In this document: one piece after another, positions 39,951 through 52,930 of the stretch
How positions within the stretch are numbered: position 1 is the first letter of the stretch
How the letters are laid out: the number at the start of each line of letters is the position of its first letter
Origin: Vicugna vicugna
Taxonomy: Eukaryota
Direction: 5' to 3'
Length of the DNA stretch: 64,000 nucleotides
Assembly: GCA_013265495.1 (NCBI GenBank)
Contig: MU058844.1
Span: 9,506,184-9,570,183, forward strand
The notes under the pieces: model-generated
The model's input: only the letters and a program-made list of their open reading frames with translations
Databases searched by the model: none
Told to the model about the DNA's origin: nothing
Program-made: the position numbers and the translations under genes

Positions 39951-42032
39951 GTAAAAATCCTAATGGAAAACTGAACGTTTCTGCTGCTTCTGTAGCTTAA
40001 GAAAGGAGAATGATGTCATTAAACTCACTAAATGTTCATTTGGCACAAGCAAATCTACTGCTTCACTGTATGCAATGTTTCTTGGTTTTCTGACACATTC
40101 ATCTGATCCAGAAGACCCTGTTCCCTGTTCAATGCAGAAAAGTTTATTTGCACAAGTCTAAAGATTAGATATGAGGAGAACTCAGCTGACACCCACTGAT
40201 GCAGGATTTTTGTTGTTAGCTTTTTAAAAGAATATGGTGTTAACTAAAAGGAAAGCCTGTGACCTGTTGTGGTAGTGACCACATGTGCTCTTGAAAAACT
40301 CAAATCCAGAGATTGCAGAGACGCTACGAATGAAACTGTTAACAGCAATAGGATCATGAAATTATCTGGAAAATAGGCCATTAGGAAATAATTGCATTAA
40401 ACTGAAATCACTGATGCAAATCTTATTTTACAAATACAGAAATGTTATTATAGACATATGTATGCTTTTTAAAAGCTTTTCTCTTTCTAATGATGTATAA
40501 GAAATAAGAACTGGTGAAAATAATCAGAGTTTTCCATTTAATTCTTTCGTGTTACATCCCTTTGTGTTTGGTTTCTCTCCTGATTTTTTTTAGTTTTCAT
40601 TCTGTAACTGAACATTGTAGATTTGTGAGTTTTTTGGGGTTTTTGTCTTTTTTTTTTTTAACCCAGGCCAAAAAGGGTATTATTATCATTACATCATGCT
40701 TTGCTTGTACTGAAGTGGAACACACACCGAAAAATGATCCCTACATGGTTTAATTAAGGAGAAAGTGAATTACGTAGTGTTTTACCATTCTCATTTCTTA
40801 TTCATGTAGAACAGCAGGATAGCAGCATAATGTTGCAATAGCACAATATTTTCTGGTTGTTTCTGGGCTGTCTGCATTGCATCCATGTCAGCCATTAGAA
40901 TCTATGCATGACAAGGTGCATGAGCAAATGCATGTAGCTAAAGACAAGCCATTATTTCCATATCATTCACTACCTTTCACTAAATGCAGACAGTAGCATA
41001 ATGCTAAATTGATGTGATAATGCTGTGTGTGTACAGTCGTTGGGAATCAATATTTTCAGTGTTGAGTAAATCGCTTTATAGTAGGCATCTAATCGGCTGT
41101 GGTGAAGGCAGGTTGCTGGAGGTGAAAAATAAGAAGCAGGCAGAGAATCTTTTCTTGATAGAAACTATCTAAATGCTCTTATTTCCGTGGGGAGTGAGGG
41201 GGTGAACACTAATGGTAAGTTGTTTCCTTCAACTGATTTTTAAAATATTAATAGATAGGAGTTTTACAGTAATGTGTCCATATTAAATGATATTTTGTAC
41301 ATCTAGGTATAAAACTACAGACTGCTCATTTTGTCTACATTGCTGTAGTCATTGAAATCTTAGTGTAAAAATGTAGAAGAAAAAATCTGTGACAGATAAG
41401 AGGACCTCATAATAATATGGAATATTGATGTGAAATAATTATAATCTGTTTGAATCATTATTTTAGCTTTTTTCTTTTAGGCATTTTCCATTAAAAAAAA
41501 GTACTAAATTTGCTAAGCCAGTGGTTTGGCACTAGCAAAATTATAGATGTATACGTGAGTATGTATGCGTAGAAGTGCTCCTCAGTGGATTGCATAAATA
41601 GGTATGAACATTAATGTGCAGGCGTTGGGATAGACTGTGTGTCATACAGAGAAGTGGGAGCCACAATCTCAGCACTTCGTGTGCTCCTGGTCAACATTTA
41701 AAATATATATACACAGTGATAATGGCATCTGTACTGTATGTTAGGTAATATATGTAATATATGTATATGGAAAGATCCTTATGAGGAAGGGAAATTTTTA
41801 TCCTGATGGATTTTTATCCTGGAAAGGTAGAAATAGTTGGGCTGCGCTTTACCAAAGAAAGGAACCATGGAGGACATCTAAGTGAGGAAAGGCCCCCCAC
41901 GCCCCTTTCGAGTTTTTTCTTTCACAGGAGAGTGCTATAAAATAGGAGAAGTGGCCTGATCTTCCCACTGCAAGTCGTATGATTAGCCTCGTTTCCCTCA
42001 TTTTATTACCAAATGACCATCTTTTCTTTCAG

Positions 42033-42242
42033 GCCACAGTTGCAGCTTTTGCAGCTAGTGAAGGCCACTCCCACCCCCGGGTAGTCGAACTGCCAAAGAC
42101 GGATGAAGGCCTTGGTTTTAACGTGATGGGAGGAAAGGAGCAAAATTCCCCCATTTATATCTCTCGCATCATTCCTGGAGGGGTGGCTGAAAGACACGGA
42201 GGCCTCAAGAGAGGAGACCAGCTGCTGTCAGTGAACGGAGTG
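42033..42242 (+). CDS. LIN7A: LIN7A coding exon 4, PDZ domain: [70 protein letters not shown]
   Basis: ctttcAG acceptor, GTG|gtatgt donor, 210 nt. GLGF motif; lies within ORF 41979..42254. Confidence 0.98.
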
Positions 42243-43882
42243 GTATGTTCATAACATAACCAGAGGTTTTTCTCTCTAAGCACATTCTTTTTTTTTCCCC
42301 CGCTGCCCTCACCAAAGTCAGTGTTGAAATCCTAAAACAAATCTTAATTTTGTGTCCAAACGGCTTCCTAAGCGTTGATGGATATTAAGCCTACAAAAGC
42401 AGTAACTTACACTTTTGATCTCTCACTTGTCCTGTTCAGGGATAAGTGTGACCTAGTGGGAAGATCATCCCAAAATATTATCCCAACTAGTAGAATGTCC
42501 CCCATGTAATACTCTAATTGAATTAATGTTTAGAAGAATGTAATTTTAAGTCACTTTTATTCAAACTGACTATAAGCAAATATGTACATTAAAAAAAACC
42601 TAAAACTCCTCACTGTATGTATTTTTTATTTTCATTAGAGAGGAAGGATAATTTTAATATGTGTTATAATAATAACACACAGGGAAAAGGCTAATGCTCA
42701 GATAATTCTTTAAGCCAGATATAGAGCTATAGTATAATAAAAATATATTAGCCTCTCTCCAGAAAAAAGTTTGGCTATATTATCTATTCATCATATAAAT
42801 TTCAGTTTTCACATGAAGTTAAAATAACATTTTAACATACATTTCTTCATAACTTCATATTCTTTGCATGCCATTACCTCCACATACAGTGAGTTGCTAA
42901 TGAAATGGCTTCGTATGAAATGAGTAAGTTTTGCCCATAATTTCTACATACATCAAAAATAAATAATCTAAAAGCATAAATTTCAGAAGTATAAATAGGT
43001 ACATATTGAGCTTACTTTAATTTTCCTCTAGCATCTTTTTTCTTAGCTTAAGATTTAAAAAACTAAGCTAGATTTGGGCTTTTTTATGGCCATATTAATT
43101 TCTACTATGAATGCAATAGCCAAAATAAATGCATTTGAAATATGATTTTTTGTTGGTAACTATGGAGTAAATCCTTCTGTATTTGTATCTTGCATTTTGT
43201 TTCTTTCTTTCTTATCTTTTGCCTGACTGGTGATTTTATAGAACCCAGAATTATTCATTCAACTTTGCTGATCTCTGACGTACATCAAAATTATCAATCC
43301 ATGAATATTTTATATACCTTCAGCATTACCATGCTAAAACTACCATTTCATTGATTTTTTTCTGTGCAACAATGCTTTGAGATGAGCTTTAAACAACTAT
43401 GACTATTTCAAAGCATATTTCAACTGATAATTTTGTAGTCAGATTTTATAGGAGAGGGCTCTGGAGCAGGTCATGCAATTATGTCACAAAGTAATCTGTG
43501 TCTCAGTGTATGAATTTATAGTGTCTCTGAATATATTGGGTAGATCAAATGAGAGTATAGATTTTAAAACATGAAAAGAGAAAAAAAACCTAAAAATATA
43601 GTAATAGTAATTGTCATATAAAGCAATGATAAATATGTATGAAATCAATTTAATATGTAGTTGACTTTAAGCTATCTGTCAGGGGGCTCAAGAGCCTGTG
43701 TTTATCAACCCCATCATTTGCAAGGATCATAGCTGTTGGCATTTCATAATCACTCATCCATGCCTTGCAATGACCATGTCACTTTACCTGGGAAGCTGCA
43801 GAGGGTATTGAACAGACATATTAGGCCCTCAATATCATTATGATTATGGATTTAATATCCTCTAAACCTGAATTTCCTAATC

Positions 43883-44054
43883 TGAGTACACGGAGTAGTA
43901 GCTAATTTGAAGTGTTCTGATGAAGATTAAAATGAGGCAAAATATTTGTTGACAATTGTCCTGTGATAATTTGATCTTACATACCTTTGATAGGTAAGTA
44001 TGGTTACTGAAGAAGGTTGAAGAGGGTTAGCAGTCCTCCTGTGATATTTCTAAT
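43883..44054 (+). repeat. Dispersed ~170-bp duplication, copy 1
   Basis: Aligns colinearly with 46852-47021 (roughly 85-88% by eye). Confidence 0.93.
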
Positions 44055-45759
44055 GCTAGTTATGTTAAAAGTAAGTCTTAAAGCAAATTCTGCTACACAT
44101 ATAGGCATATTTTAGCAAACATTATTAGCATAGAGGTATTAACAGACTCATAAACCTCTTTCAGAAGTTTGATGACATCCTGGTTCTCTGTCCATTCAGC
44201 TGTTGACAGTCAGTACCTTGAAAAAAAGGTTTACTTGAGGCAAATAAAACAGCATTCCAGAGCCAGGACTTTGTTATCTTTATATTCAGCATTAGAAAAC
44301 CAGAAATTCTACTAAACTGACAGTTGGAAATAAGGTTTAGTGATCAAACTTAGGCCACTAATCCTTTCGTGCAGGCTATGGGGTCTCCTTAAGATTTTTA
44401 TAACCTGTTCATGCAAAGGTGGGAAATGTCTCCAAAATCTTTAGTTTCCACATGTATTTAAAACCTTTAATTTTGTCAGTTAAGTCCCATCTGTTATGCT
44501 AGTTAATGACTCGCTAATTTTGCTAGTGAGAATCCATTTCTGACATATTGTTGCTAGTAAACAAAGTGTTGTTCATTGAAATGGGTATAACAAATGCTTT
44601 TGTAGTGACCAACCTCTAGAGTGTTGCCTTTCTGATACAATTTTTGCTGGACCACCTAGACTGGTTAAACCTCCTGAAGTTTAAAATATTAACACCTGTA
44701 CAGTCAAACTATCCATTATAAATTACCTATTTTAAAGTATTTAAGTCGTATACATTTTAACAGTGCCTAATAGTTATGAAATATTCATCAAAAGGTAGCT
44801 TTCCTTCTGTAAATGAGAAACTTTCATGACCCAGTGGGTTTCCAGTAGTCACAGAAAGTAGTTAATCCAAGGTAAGAATGCTGGGGTTCTACTGCCAAAT
44901 CCAAGACTCTTTTCAGTATGACTAACTCCAGGGAGATGGCACAGCACTTAATGGAAAAAAAAAATTACACTGTAATGGAAGGGCCAAAAAAGAAAAAAAA
45001 AAGTTAGCAAATGATCAAATTTACACTTTAAAGTAACATTTGGGGAAATTAATATAGAAGACTTTCAGAACATGCCATTCTAAAGCACATTTTGGAAGGA
45101 AGTGATTTGGAGGGCTGAAACAAACCTTAACTACTTCAGTATAAGTACTCTGGGGAAGATTTATTACTCTTCTACTTAAAAAATAAAAAAATTATTGCAT
45201 GGACCTTTAAACATCTGAAAAGTCACCTGAAAGGATGTCTTAATTATACATGTTTGTTTTTATTCCCTGCCTGTTTTTAGGAAGGATATGTCATGATGCC
45301 TGGTAAAAAGTAAAATATAGTAATACAGAATTGTTAACATGGTATATTAGGCAATAAAGTGGGATGTAAAGGGAGAAAATCAATAACTAGAAATCAAGAA
45401 GAGATACAGCAGTTGAGCAAGTGATTTTTTTTTTTCCATTAGCATCTTAGAGACCCAAACAGAAGGAAACCCATACCAGCTCAGCTGTCATTGGGAGAGA
45501 GTGTTTTTTTCTCTATCCCTGAGCTCCAGGAGAAATTTCCCGTGGGATTTTTACAAATGAGACATTGAATCACCTCATACAATTTTATAGAAAATGCAGA
45601 GGCATTTTGCACATGGCTACTTCTAAAGTCAACCGTCAGTAAAAACTTAAGAGCTGAATGCTCAATTAAAATTTAACATTAACACAAGGTCAAAATGTAA
45701 CAGTTAGAATTTATAGCTTTCTAATGATCTCCTTTTCACCTTTTATCTGTTTATCTGTA

Positions 45760-46430
45760 TCTGTAAGTGTTTTATCAGCAATTTTGAGACAGAACTAAAC
45801 ACTGTTTATAAAGGTTGCAGCCAATGTGGAGCCAGCAGGGATAGTAAATACATTTAGTGATAGAGTCTGGATATTAAAAAAAAAAAACTCCATAGAATGG
45901 TACAATAGCCTAATTTAATAAGAATCTACATGAAGTCCTGCTAATTCACCCAGAAAAGTAGCTACCAAGGTGCAAAATCAGGAAGGAATGGCTAAATATC
46001 AAAATCTGAAAGGAAAAAACCTGGAGGATTTCAAGAGGAGTATGAAGCAGGTTGGGGAAAAGAAAGAAAAACACACAAAAAATGTTAATGTGGTTGTAGG
46101 AGCCATTAATACAAATATCCAAATATCGTGTACAGACACCAAAGGAGGAAGAGACTGGTCCAGCTCTTGAGTGTGACGTTCAGCTCACACCCCACTGTAC
46201 TCTGATATGATCCTGGCTCCATCCTGGCAAAGAACAATAAGCTTGTCCAGAAACAAGCAGCCTTGTATAGGAAGAAGGACTTGCCTTGTTTAGGACAGAG
46301 AATGACTCAGGGGAATGATGGCTGCCTTTAGTTGTCCTCCATTGTGAGGTACCAGATGCCAGAACCAAGACCAGTGGGTTAAGGCCACAGAGGAAGCAGA
46401 TTACAGTTTATGGTAAGAAAGAGCCTTTAA
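45760..46430 (+). mobile_element. L3/CR1 LINE fragment
   Basis: aatttaataag...aagtcctgc, gccattaata, agagaatgactcaggggaatgatggctgcc and agaaccaagaccagtggg. Confidence 0.55.
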
Positions 46431-46851
46431 ATATGTAGGGAAAGACTGAATCATAAGTCAGTATGTGCCCATCACTTGAAGTTTTAATCAGAGACCTGTT
46501 TGCCCCACAGTCCGTTCTAACTCTGTGACTCTGTGTTTTCAGATGGGATTTTTCTGAGACTCTTAAATACCCCCCCCCACACACACACACTCATACACTC
46601 ATACAGAAAAGTAGGCTCTGCCTACTCTCTGTACTCTACTGATGAGACATTTTTTCTTGAACAGAAGGATTAGATATCTACAACATAATACTTTTATTTA
46701 TTTACTATTTTATAGTTTATAAAAATATTTACATGAGATTCTCCCATTTGTTCCTCAGAAAAGTCTCATGAAATGGATAGGGCCACAGTTTGTTCTCTCT
46801 CTCCTCTTTCTCTCTCTCTCTCTCTCTTTCACACACTAACACACAGATAAA

Positions 46852-47021
46852 TGAATATAGGGAGCAGTAGCTAATTTGAAAGACTGATGAAGATTAAAAT
46901 GAGGCAAAATATCTGTTGAGAATTATCCTGTGACAATTTGATCTTCCGCACCTTTGATAGGAAAGTGTGGTTACTGAAGAAGGCTGAAGAGGGTTAGCAG
47001 TCCACCTATGATGTTTCTAAT
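46852..47021 (+). repeat. Dispersed ~170-bp duplication, copy 2, embedded in a (TC)n/(CA)n tract
   Basis: Aligns with 43883-44054. Confidence 0.93.
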
Positions 47022-47164
47022 ACAAATGTACACACAGACCTACACCCAAATACACACACATGAACTGAGTTTCAACCTTTATTGTGATCCTAACTGGTGC
47101 TTGCTAAATATAATAATTGGTTCTTTAAAAAGTCAATCCCAGGGAAATCCAAATAAGCTCCATA

Positions 47165-47330
47165 GATTGTGCCCATGTCAGTGCCCTGGTTTTAATATTA
47201 CACAATAGTTTTATAAGATACTAATATTGGGAGAAGCTGGGTAAAGTGTGCAGAGGACTTCCTGTATATTTCTTTCCCTGCAACTTCCTGTGACTCAATA
47301 ATTATTTCCTAATAATTTTATAAAAGGGAG
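47165..47330 (+). mobile_element. Old L1M 3' end
   Basis: ttgggagaagctgggtaaagtgtgcagaggacttcctgtatatt...tgcaacttcctgtga. Confidence 0.75.
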
Positions 47331-47380
47331 AAAATCCAAAAGAATTCATCTGAAATATGCTCTCTGGTACTGATGGGGGG

Positions 47381-47492
47381 AGGACAGGAGAGGAACAGGA
47401 AGGCAGAAGGCAGAAAGATAAAATCCAAGCACAAGAAGGACAGAAGAGGAACAGGAAGGCAGAAGGCAGAAAGATAAAGTCCAAGCACAAGA
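47381..47492. repeat. 56-bp tandem duplication (2 copies, 2 mismatches)
   Basis: aggacagRagaggaacaggaaggcagaaggcagaaagataaaRtccaagcacaaga x2. Confidence 0.97.
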
Positions 47493-48069
47493 ACTTTAAA
47501 AATATGTCACAGTGAAAAGAGGCCTTCATTAGCTTCTGAAATCCAAGCATTGTTTTAGAGCATCATTGGTGGGAAAATTGCGGCTAAATTCACCCAGCTC
47601 TGTAGTTAATCCTGAATAAAGCTGTCGATACAGTGTATGCACAGTGCTAATTGATTTTTAAGCATAACAGATGAATGAGTAAAAGGTTAGGGATGGAACA
47701 GAATAAATTGTTTTCCTGGAATCTGGCTTTTTTCCCATTTTATAAATACCCATGCCAAGTTAAGGGTGAGTACTCACAGCCCAAATTATTTATGCAGAGA
47801 GGCTGTCAGGTGTGGAATGAGGATGAAACAAAAATTAGAACTCTCTGGATTTGAACTCTGTGAAGCTACAGCATCCCAGATGGGAAATCTGTATTACATC
47901 TTATTTGTTACCTGAACAAAGAGAAAATATAAGTAGATTTTTTAAATTACAATGAAATACACTATCAGATGTCTATGAAAATTTAAGCTTTACATTGAAA
48001 TGCATGCCCCATTGACAGCAGTAATTTTTGACCATGGCCTTCTCTTCAGTCTTAGAACAGTCCCTACAC

Positions 48070-48262
48070 ATAGTCAAAGCTTCGTATGTATTTGTTTAAC
48101 TCCAGGCACCATCATAATGATATTTTGTGGTAGGTGCTCTTATGATCACTCTCATTTCACAAATGAGGAAACTGAGGAAGAAAGAGATGGAGTAACTTGC
48201 CTAAGGTTATACAGCTACTGAATGAAAGAGCCGGGGTGCCTAACTGGGGCAGTCTGGCCTTA
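48070..48262 (-). mobile_element. MIR SINE
   Basis: catttcacaaatgaggaaactgagg...gtaacttgcctaaggttatacagcta core. Confidence 0.85.
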
Positions 48263-49676
48263 CTCATTCTAATTTAAGGGTATACAGATATCTTAGCCCT
48301 TAAAATAACAGTATTTTCCTATATGGTGTAGAAAAGACCGATGTTTCTTAGCATTTATGGGTTTGCATAAGTGCATTTTTGGTTGGGAGAGGGTCTGTTG
48401 TTTCCTTCAGTTTTTTATAAAGGTCTTTGACCTTTAAAAAGTTAAGAACCGTTCCTAAAGACAGTAACATTTTGAAAACGGAGGCATTGACTTGAATTCA
48501 AATGGCTCAGGGTACTGAGGGGATGAGTGTTGTTTGATGGTGCCGTTCCTACCTAACATATCCCTCCATCTCGTGTCAGGCCCAGAAACCACAGGGCCAG
48601 AGCGTGGTGCGCACCGCCTGTTACAGCCCTTAGCCACCGCCTCTCCCGGGGTCCACGCGGCTGTCAGAGGGGAGCTGTGCAGGCAGAAAGGCGGGGAAGG
48701 CAGGGCAGGGCTTCAGCCTGCGGGTCCCCCGCAGGCCTAGTATGAGCATCGTCAACTAACTTCTAGGCTAAGAGGCCTCAAGGAAAGCTGTTCTCAAATC
48801 CTCTCTCCACCTATGAGTCCTTACCAGATTCTCTACCTTTCTGGGCAGCTGAGTGGGAGACAGTTTGGGTTATAATTAAGTAGGAGTGCAAGCTGGAACT
48901 TCAGTTAAGTGACGAAAATTTTTTGTTCTTTGAACAACATCACGTGACATCCCACTCACCATTGTGAGGCACCAAGAGAAGCACAATTATGTTGTTTTAT
49001 CCCAGTCACCTTAGGCAAGGCGCAAACAAGGCACCATAATCCAGGGTATTCTACAACACCGAACAGGTATGTTCTAGACCTCCTCATTCTGAATCGGCTC
49101 ATGATCTGAGGTCTTCTCAGTCAAAAAGAAGAACAAGGGAATACTGCGCTGTCCCAATTGAACAGTAACAATAGCTCACAGGCTAGAACTGCTGCATTCC
49201 CGCCCTCTGATTTCAGTCTACAGTAATGGGCACCGGTACATTAGCCCTCAGACGTTACTGCACCACCTTGAGCTAAGGCTGTACTGATAAAATCTGCTGA
49301 AAATGTGTCAGTGCCAGAGCACACTCACATTAGCAAGTGTTAAAGTACAAGTCCCTAGATGCTGGAAAGTGTTCCCACACATGGGATCAGGCTGACCTAA
49401 ATCTCTAGTAATTGCTAGTAATGGGTATTTGACTACCCAGTTATCTTCTGGTGCAGTCTTCTTCATGGTTATTTTAACCATTTGTTGCTTGTGTTTTTCT
49501 CATTTTGTGCTATTATTTTAGCAGTGTTTTTCATTCATTCAACAGCTATGTGTAAAGCACTTATTATGTGACAGCTGCTAGGCTAAGATGATGAGCAAAA
49601 GAGAAGGAGTTGTAACCTTCCTGGAACTTTCTTCCTGGTAAAGAGTAAGAAATTAATGAGGATGATAATAAATAAA

Positions 49677-49998
49677 CAGGCATACCTCATTATATTGTGT
49701 TTTGCTTTATTGTGCTTTGTAGATACTGAGGGGTTTTTTTTAATTGAAGGTTTTTGGCAGCCCTGCATTATCAGATGATGGTTAGCATTTTTTAGCAATG
49801 AAGTATTTTTTAATTAAGGTATACACATTGCTTTTTTAGACATAATTCTATTACACACTTAATAGATTACAGTGTAGTGTAGACATAACTTTTGTATACA
49901 CTAGGAAACCAAAAAATATGTGTGACTCACTGTATTGTGATGTTTGCTTCATTGTGGTGGTCTGGGACCAAATCTTCAGTATCTCTGAGGTATACCTG
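49677..49998 (+). mobile_element. Internally deleted Tigger1 derivative (MITE) with both TIRs
   Basis: caggcatacctca ... tgaggtatacctg TIRs; Tigger1 left end joined to tcagatgatggttagcattttttagcaat right end. Confidence 0.9.
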
Positions 49999-50119
49999 TC
50001 CACATATAAATGTACATGTAACTGGCATTGCCACCACCTGTCCCGGCATGAAGGAAGTTCCCTCAGGGATTCACTTCAGTTCCACGCTGGTCAGAGTCAT
50101 GAGATTTTTACTCCATGTG

Positions 50120-50535
50120 TGTATTAGTTTCTTGTGACTGCTGTAACAAATTCCTGCCTACTTGATGCCTTAAACAATAGAAATTTATTCTCTCACAGTG
50201 CTGGAGGCCAGAAGTCAGAAATTAGTTTGGATGACCCCAAACCAGTGTGTCAGCAAGGCTGTGCTCCCTACAGAGGCTCTAGGAATGAATCCTCTTCTTG
50301 CTTCTTGCAGCTTCTGGTGTCTGTCGGCCACTCCTGATTGTGCCCTCAAATCTCTCATCTCCCTCTACTTCTCTCTTACAAAGACACTTCTGATTGCACT
50401 TAGGACATTTAGGTGATGCAGGATCATCTCCTCATCTCATCTCAAGGACGTTGGCAAAGGTCCTTTTTCTTTATAAGGCAACATTTACAGGTTCCAGGGA
50501 ATAAGACCTGATGTCTTTGAGGACCATCATTCTAA
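50120..50535 (-). mobile_element. MLT1C-like MaLR solo LTR
   Basis: tgtattagtttc...gctgtaacaaat...agaaatttattctctcacagtgctggaggccagaagtc. Confidence 0.88.
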
Positions 50536-52671
50536 ATTCAGAGGGCTCATAAATTTCCAGGGCTATGGAAGGGGATCAGATGCCCACAGGCCATGAGCAC
50601 ATTGGTTTTCCACTCTCAGGACAGCATGTACTGAGTGTCATCCACCCTACTGCTGGTGCTGACAATGTAAGTTCCTTTTTCCCCTCCCACTTTGGGTACT
50701 TTTCTCCTCTACGTCTGCCTAGACAGTCAGTGAAGCTTCTCATCCTTTTCTTCCTTCCCTCGGCCCCAATCTTATCTAGTCTTTGAATAATGGGGGAAAA
50801 AAATGCAACCATCTTCTTCTGCCTTACAGTCAAAGGCTTTGAGCTATATTCTTTTTTTGCTTCCTGGGTGTAAACTGAAGGAAGTAGGGGCAGGGGGGAA
50901 TACAAAAAACCCCCACAGATTTATACTTCAAAATATAACACTGCCTCATAATTAAATACTGTGACAAGCGTTAAAGGGGAAAAAGGAAATGGAAACCAGA
51001 TGCCGTGTAAAAGAATAAGAGGAGCTGCTTTTAATAGTTAGGGTTGGGCTCTCTGAAGGGTGACATTTAGGCAGAGACTGAGGGCAAGGAAGAGTCAGTC
51101 ATCCTCAGAAGAACCTGTGTGAAGGTATCCAGACAAGAAAGTCCACGACTTGTCATGTAGGAGTGTCTGAAAGAAGCAGAGAGACCAGGGCATGGAGAGG
51201 CGGACAAGAGGAGCTGGTTGGCAGCCAGATGGGGCAGGTTCTTACAGGTGCAACTGAAAAGATTATTTTATTTTATTTTGTTTTATTTTATTTTATTGTG
51301 CAATAGGAATCTTGATGTCCATCAATTCTGAAGTCTGGTGATATGCTAAGAATTACTGATACTTACTATGACTAGTCACTACAAAGTGAAGTGTATTGTA
51401 CTTTGTCTCTGTTTTAGTGTGGTAGTATTATTTTTTTGTATATTGAAGTTTTCTTTTTGTACCCTTAAACCACTTATCTAAGATCTGGCATCTGATAACA
51501 ATTTTAGAAGTCTTTTTCTGTCTTTTTATTGCTACTTTTAATGGAAATTAGAAAACTTATACATTATTGTCAGTTGATATTTTCAGCATTTCAAATAAGT
51601 CATTAAGTTTCAAGTTCTTAGAGCTTCTAAGGAGTTTAAGGGTAGTTCAGCCATAATATGATCATTTACAATTTGGGGACTCTTTCATCACCTGTGAGAC
51701 AGAGATGAAACTTTTTCACATGGCTGATCTGAAGAAATAGAGTATGTGAAAGTATCTGCCACTGGTGACAGATCTCTTTTGAAAACCCAATAACTGCTAA
51801 TTATTATTAACTATTAATTATTCACTATTAATGTAATTTTTTTTCCTTAGGGCAGATTAACAGTCTCCTTCCTTTCTTCAATTTTGCCTGCATGTAGATT
51901 TAAGCTTTCAGTTCAGATGAAGTCATTTCCTCTGCTGTTTATTTTCAAGAGAAAATAAAAGTCCCTCATTAAATATAATTCCAGAGGTGGTTGGATCTCA
52001 CTCATGTGCTAGTTGATTACTCACAAGTCATTGGATTTTTTTGTGTCCTTACATCTGCAAAACTGATGTGACACCACCTGTTCTATCTACCTTTCCTAAT
52101 GAAGGTAAAAAAGAGAATTGATAAATATAGCAGAGGCAAAAGTAAGACTTTACCTTTTCACAAAAATACAGCATTATTGCTGTATTTTATTACTGAACAG
52201 CCTTTTCATTAAACCCCCAGATGGATGTCTTCAAATTTCTTATTACAACCAAGTCTTCATTTATAAAAGCAGGAAATGTAAATAGAGTAAGGATCCTTCT
52301 TCTGTTGGCTGAGGAATAAGTGATTCATCTCAAAGGAATACAGTGTTTGTCTTCAAATTCTGTGCTCGGTCATGTTCTGGCATCATTTACACTTTGTGGA
52401 ACTCACCAAACCCAATTACCAGTTACTGTTTTAACCATTAGTGGAGAAGCCTAACAGCTATGCTGTATAATTCAATATAAGCCCAACTTGCTTGAGAAGG
52501 AACATTCTTCTAACTTACTAAATGTCGGTCTACAGACTGCTGGTACCAGCCTTAAGCACAGTTGGGGTGTTGCTAATATTTCCCAGCTCCATAGGTATAC
52601 CTAATGAAATACAAACCAAGTTAAGTCTCAGAATTGTTTCCTATAATGGATTTTGAAGTTGTCTTGTTCTT

Positions 52672-52930
52672 TTTTAAATTTGTAAATTTTTAAAATTATA
52701 GTTGATTTACAATGTTCTGTTAGTTTCAGGTATACAGCAAAGTGATTCATACATAAATATGCTTTTCTAGATTCTTTTCCATTACAAATTATTATAAGAT
52801 ATCAAATACAGTTCCCTGTGCTATACAACTGTTATTTATCTATTGTATATACAGTAGTTTGTGTCTGTTAATCCCAGACTCCTAATTTATCCCTCCCCTA
52901 TCTTTTTCCCTTTGGTAACCGTAAGTTTGT
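52672..52930 (-). mobile_element. 5'-truncated cetartiodactyl-type L1 with 13-bp TSD (ttgtcttgttctt at 52659 and 52927)
   Basis: tatagttgatttacaatgtt...tcaggtatacagcaaagtgattca...tttggtaaccgtaagtttgt; flanking direct repeat. Confidence 0.9.

Noticed and set aside
41979..42032. N-terminal extension [10 protein letters not shown]... of the PDZ ORF
   Set aside because: Intronic polypyrimidine tract upstream of a strong acceptor; no support for an internal start.
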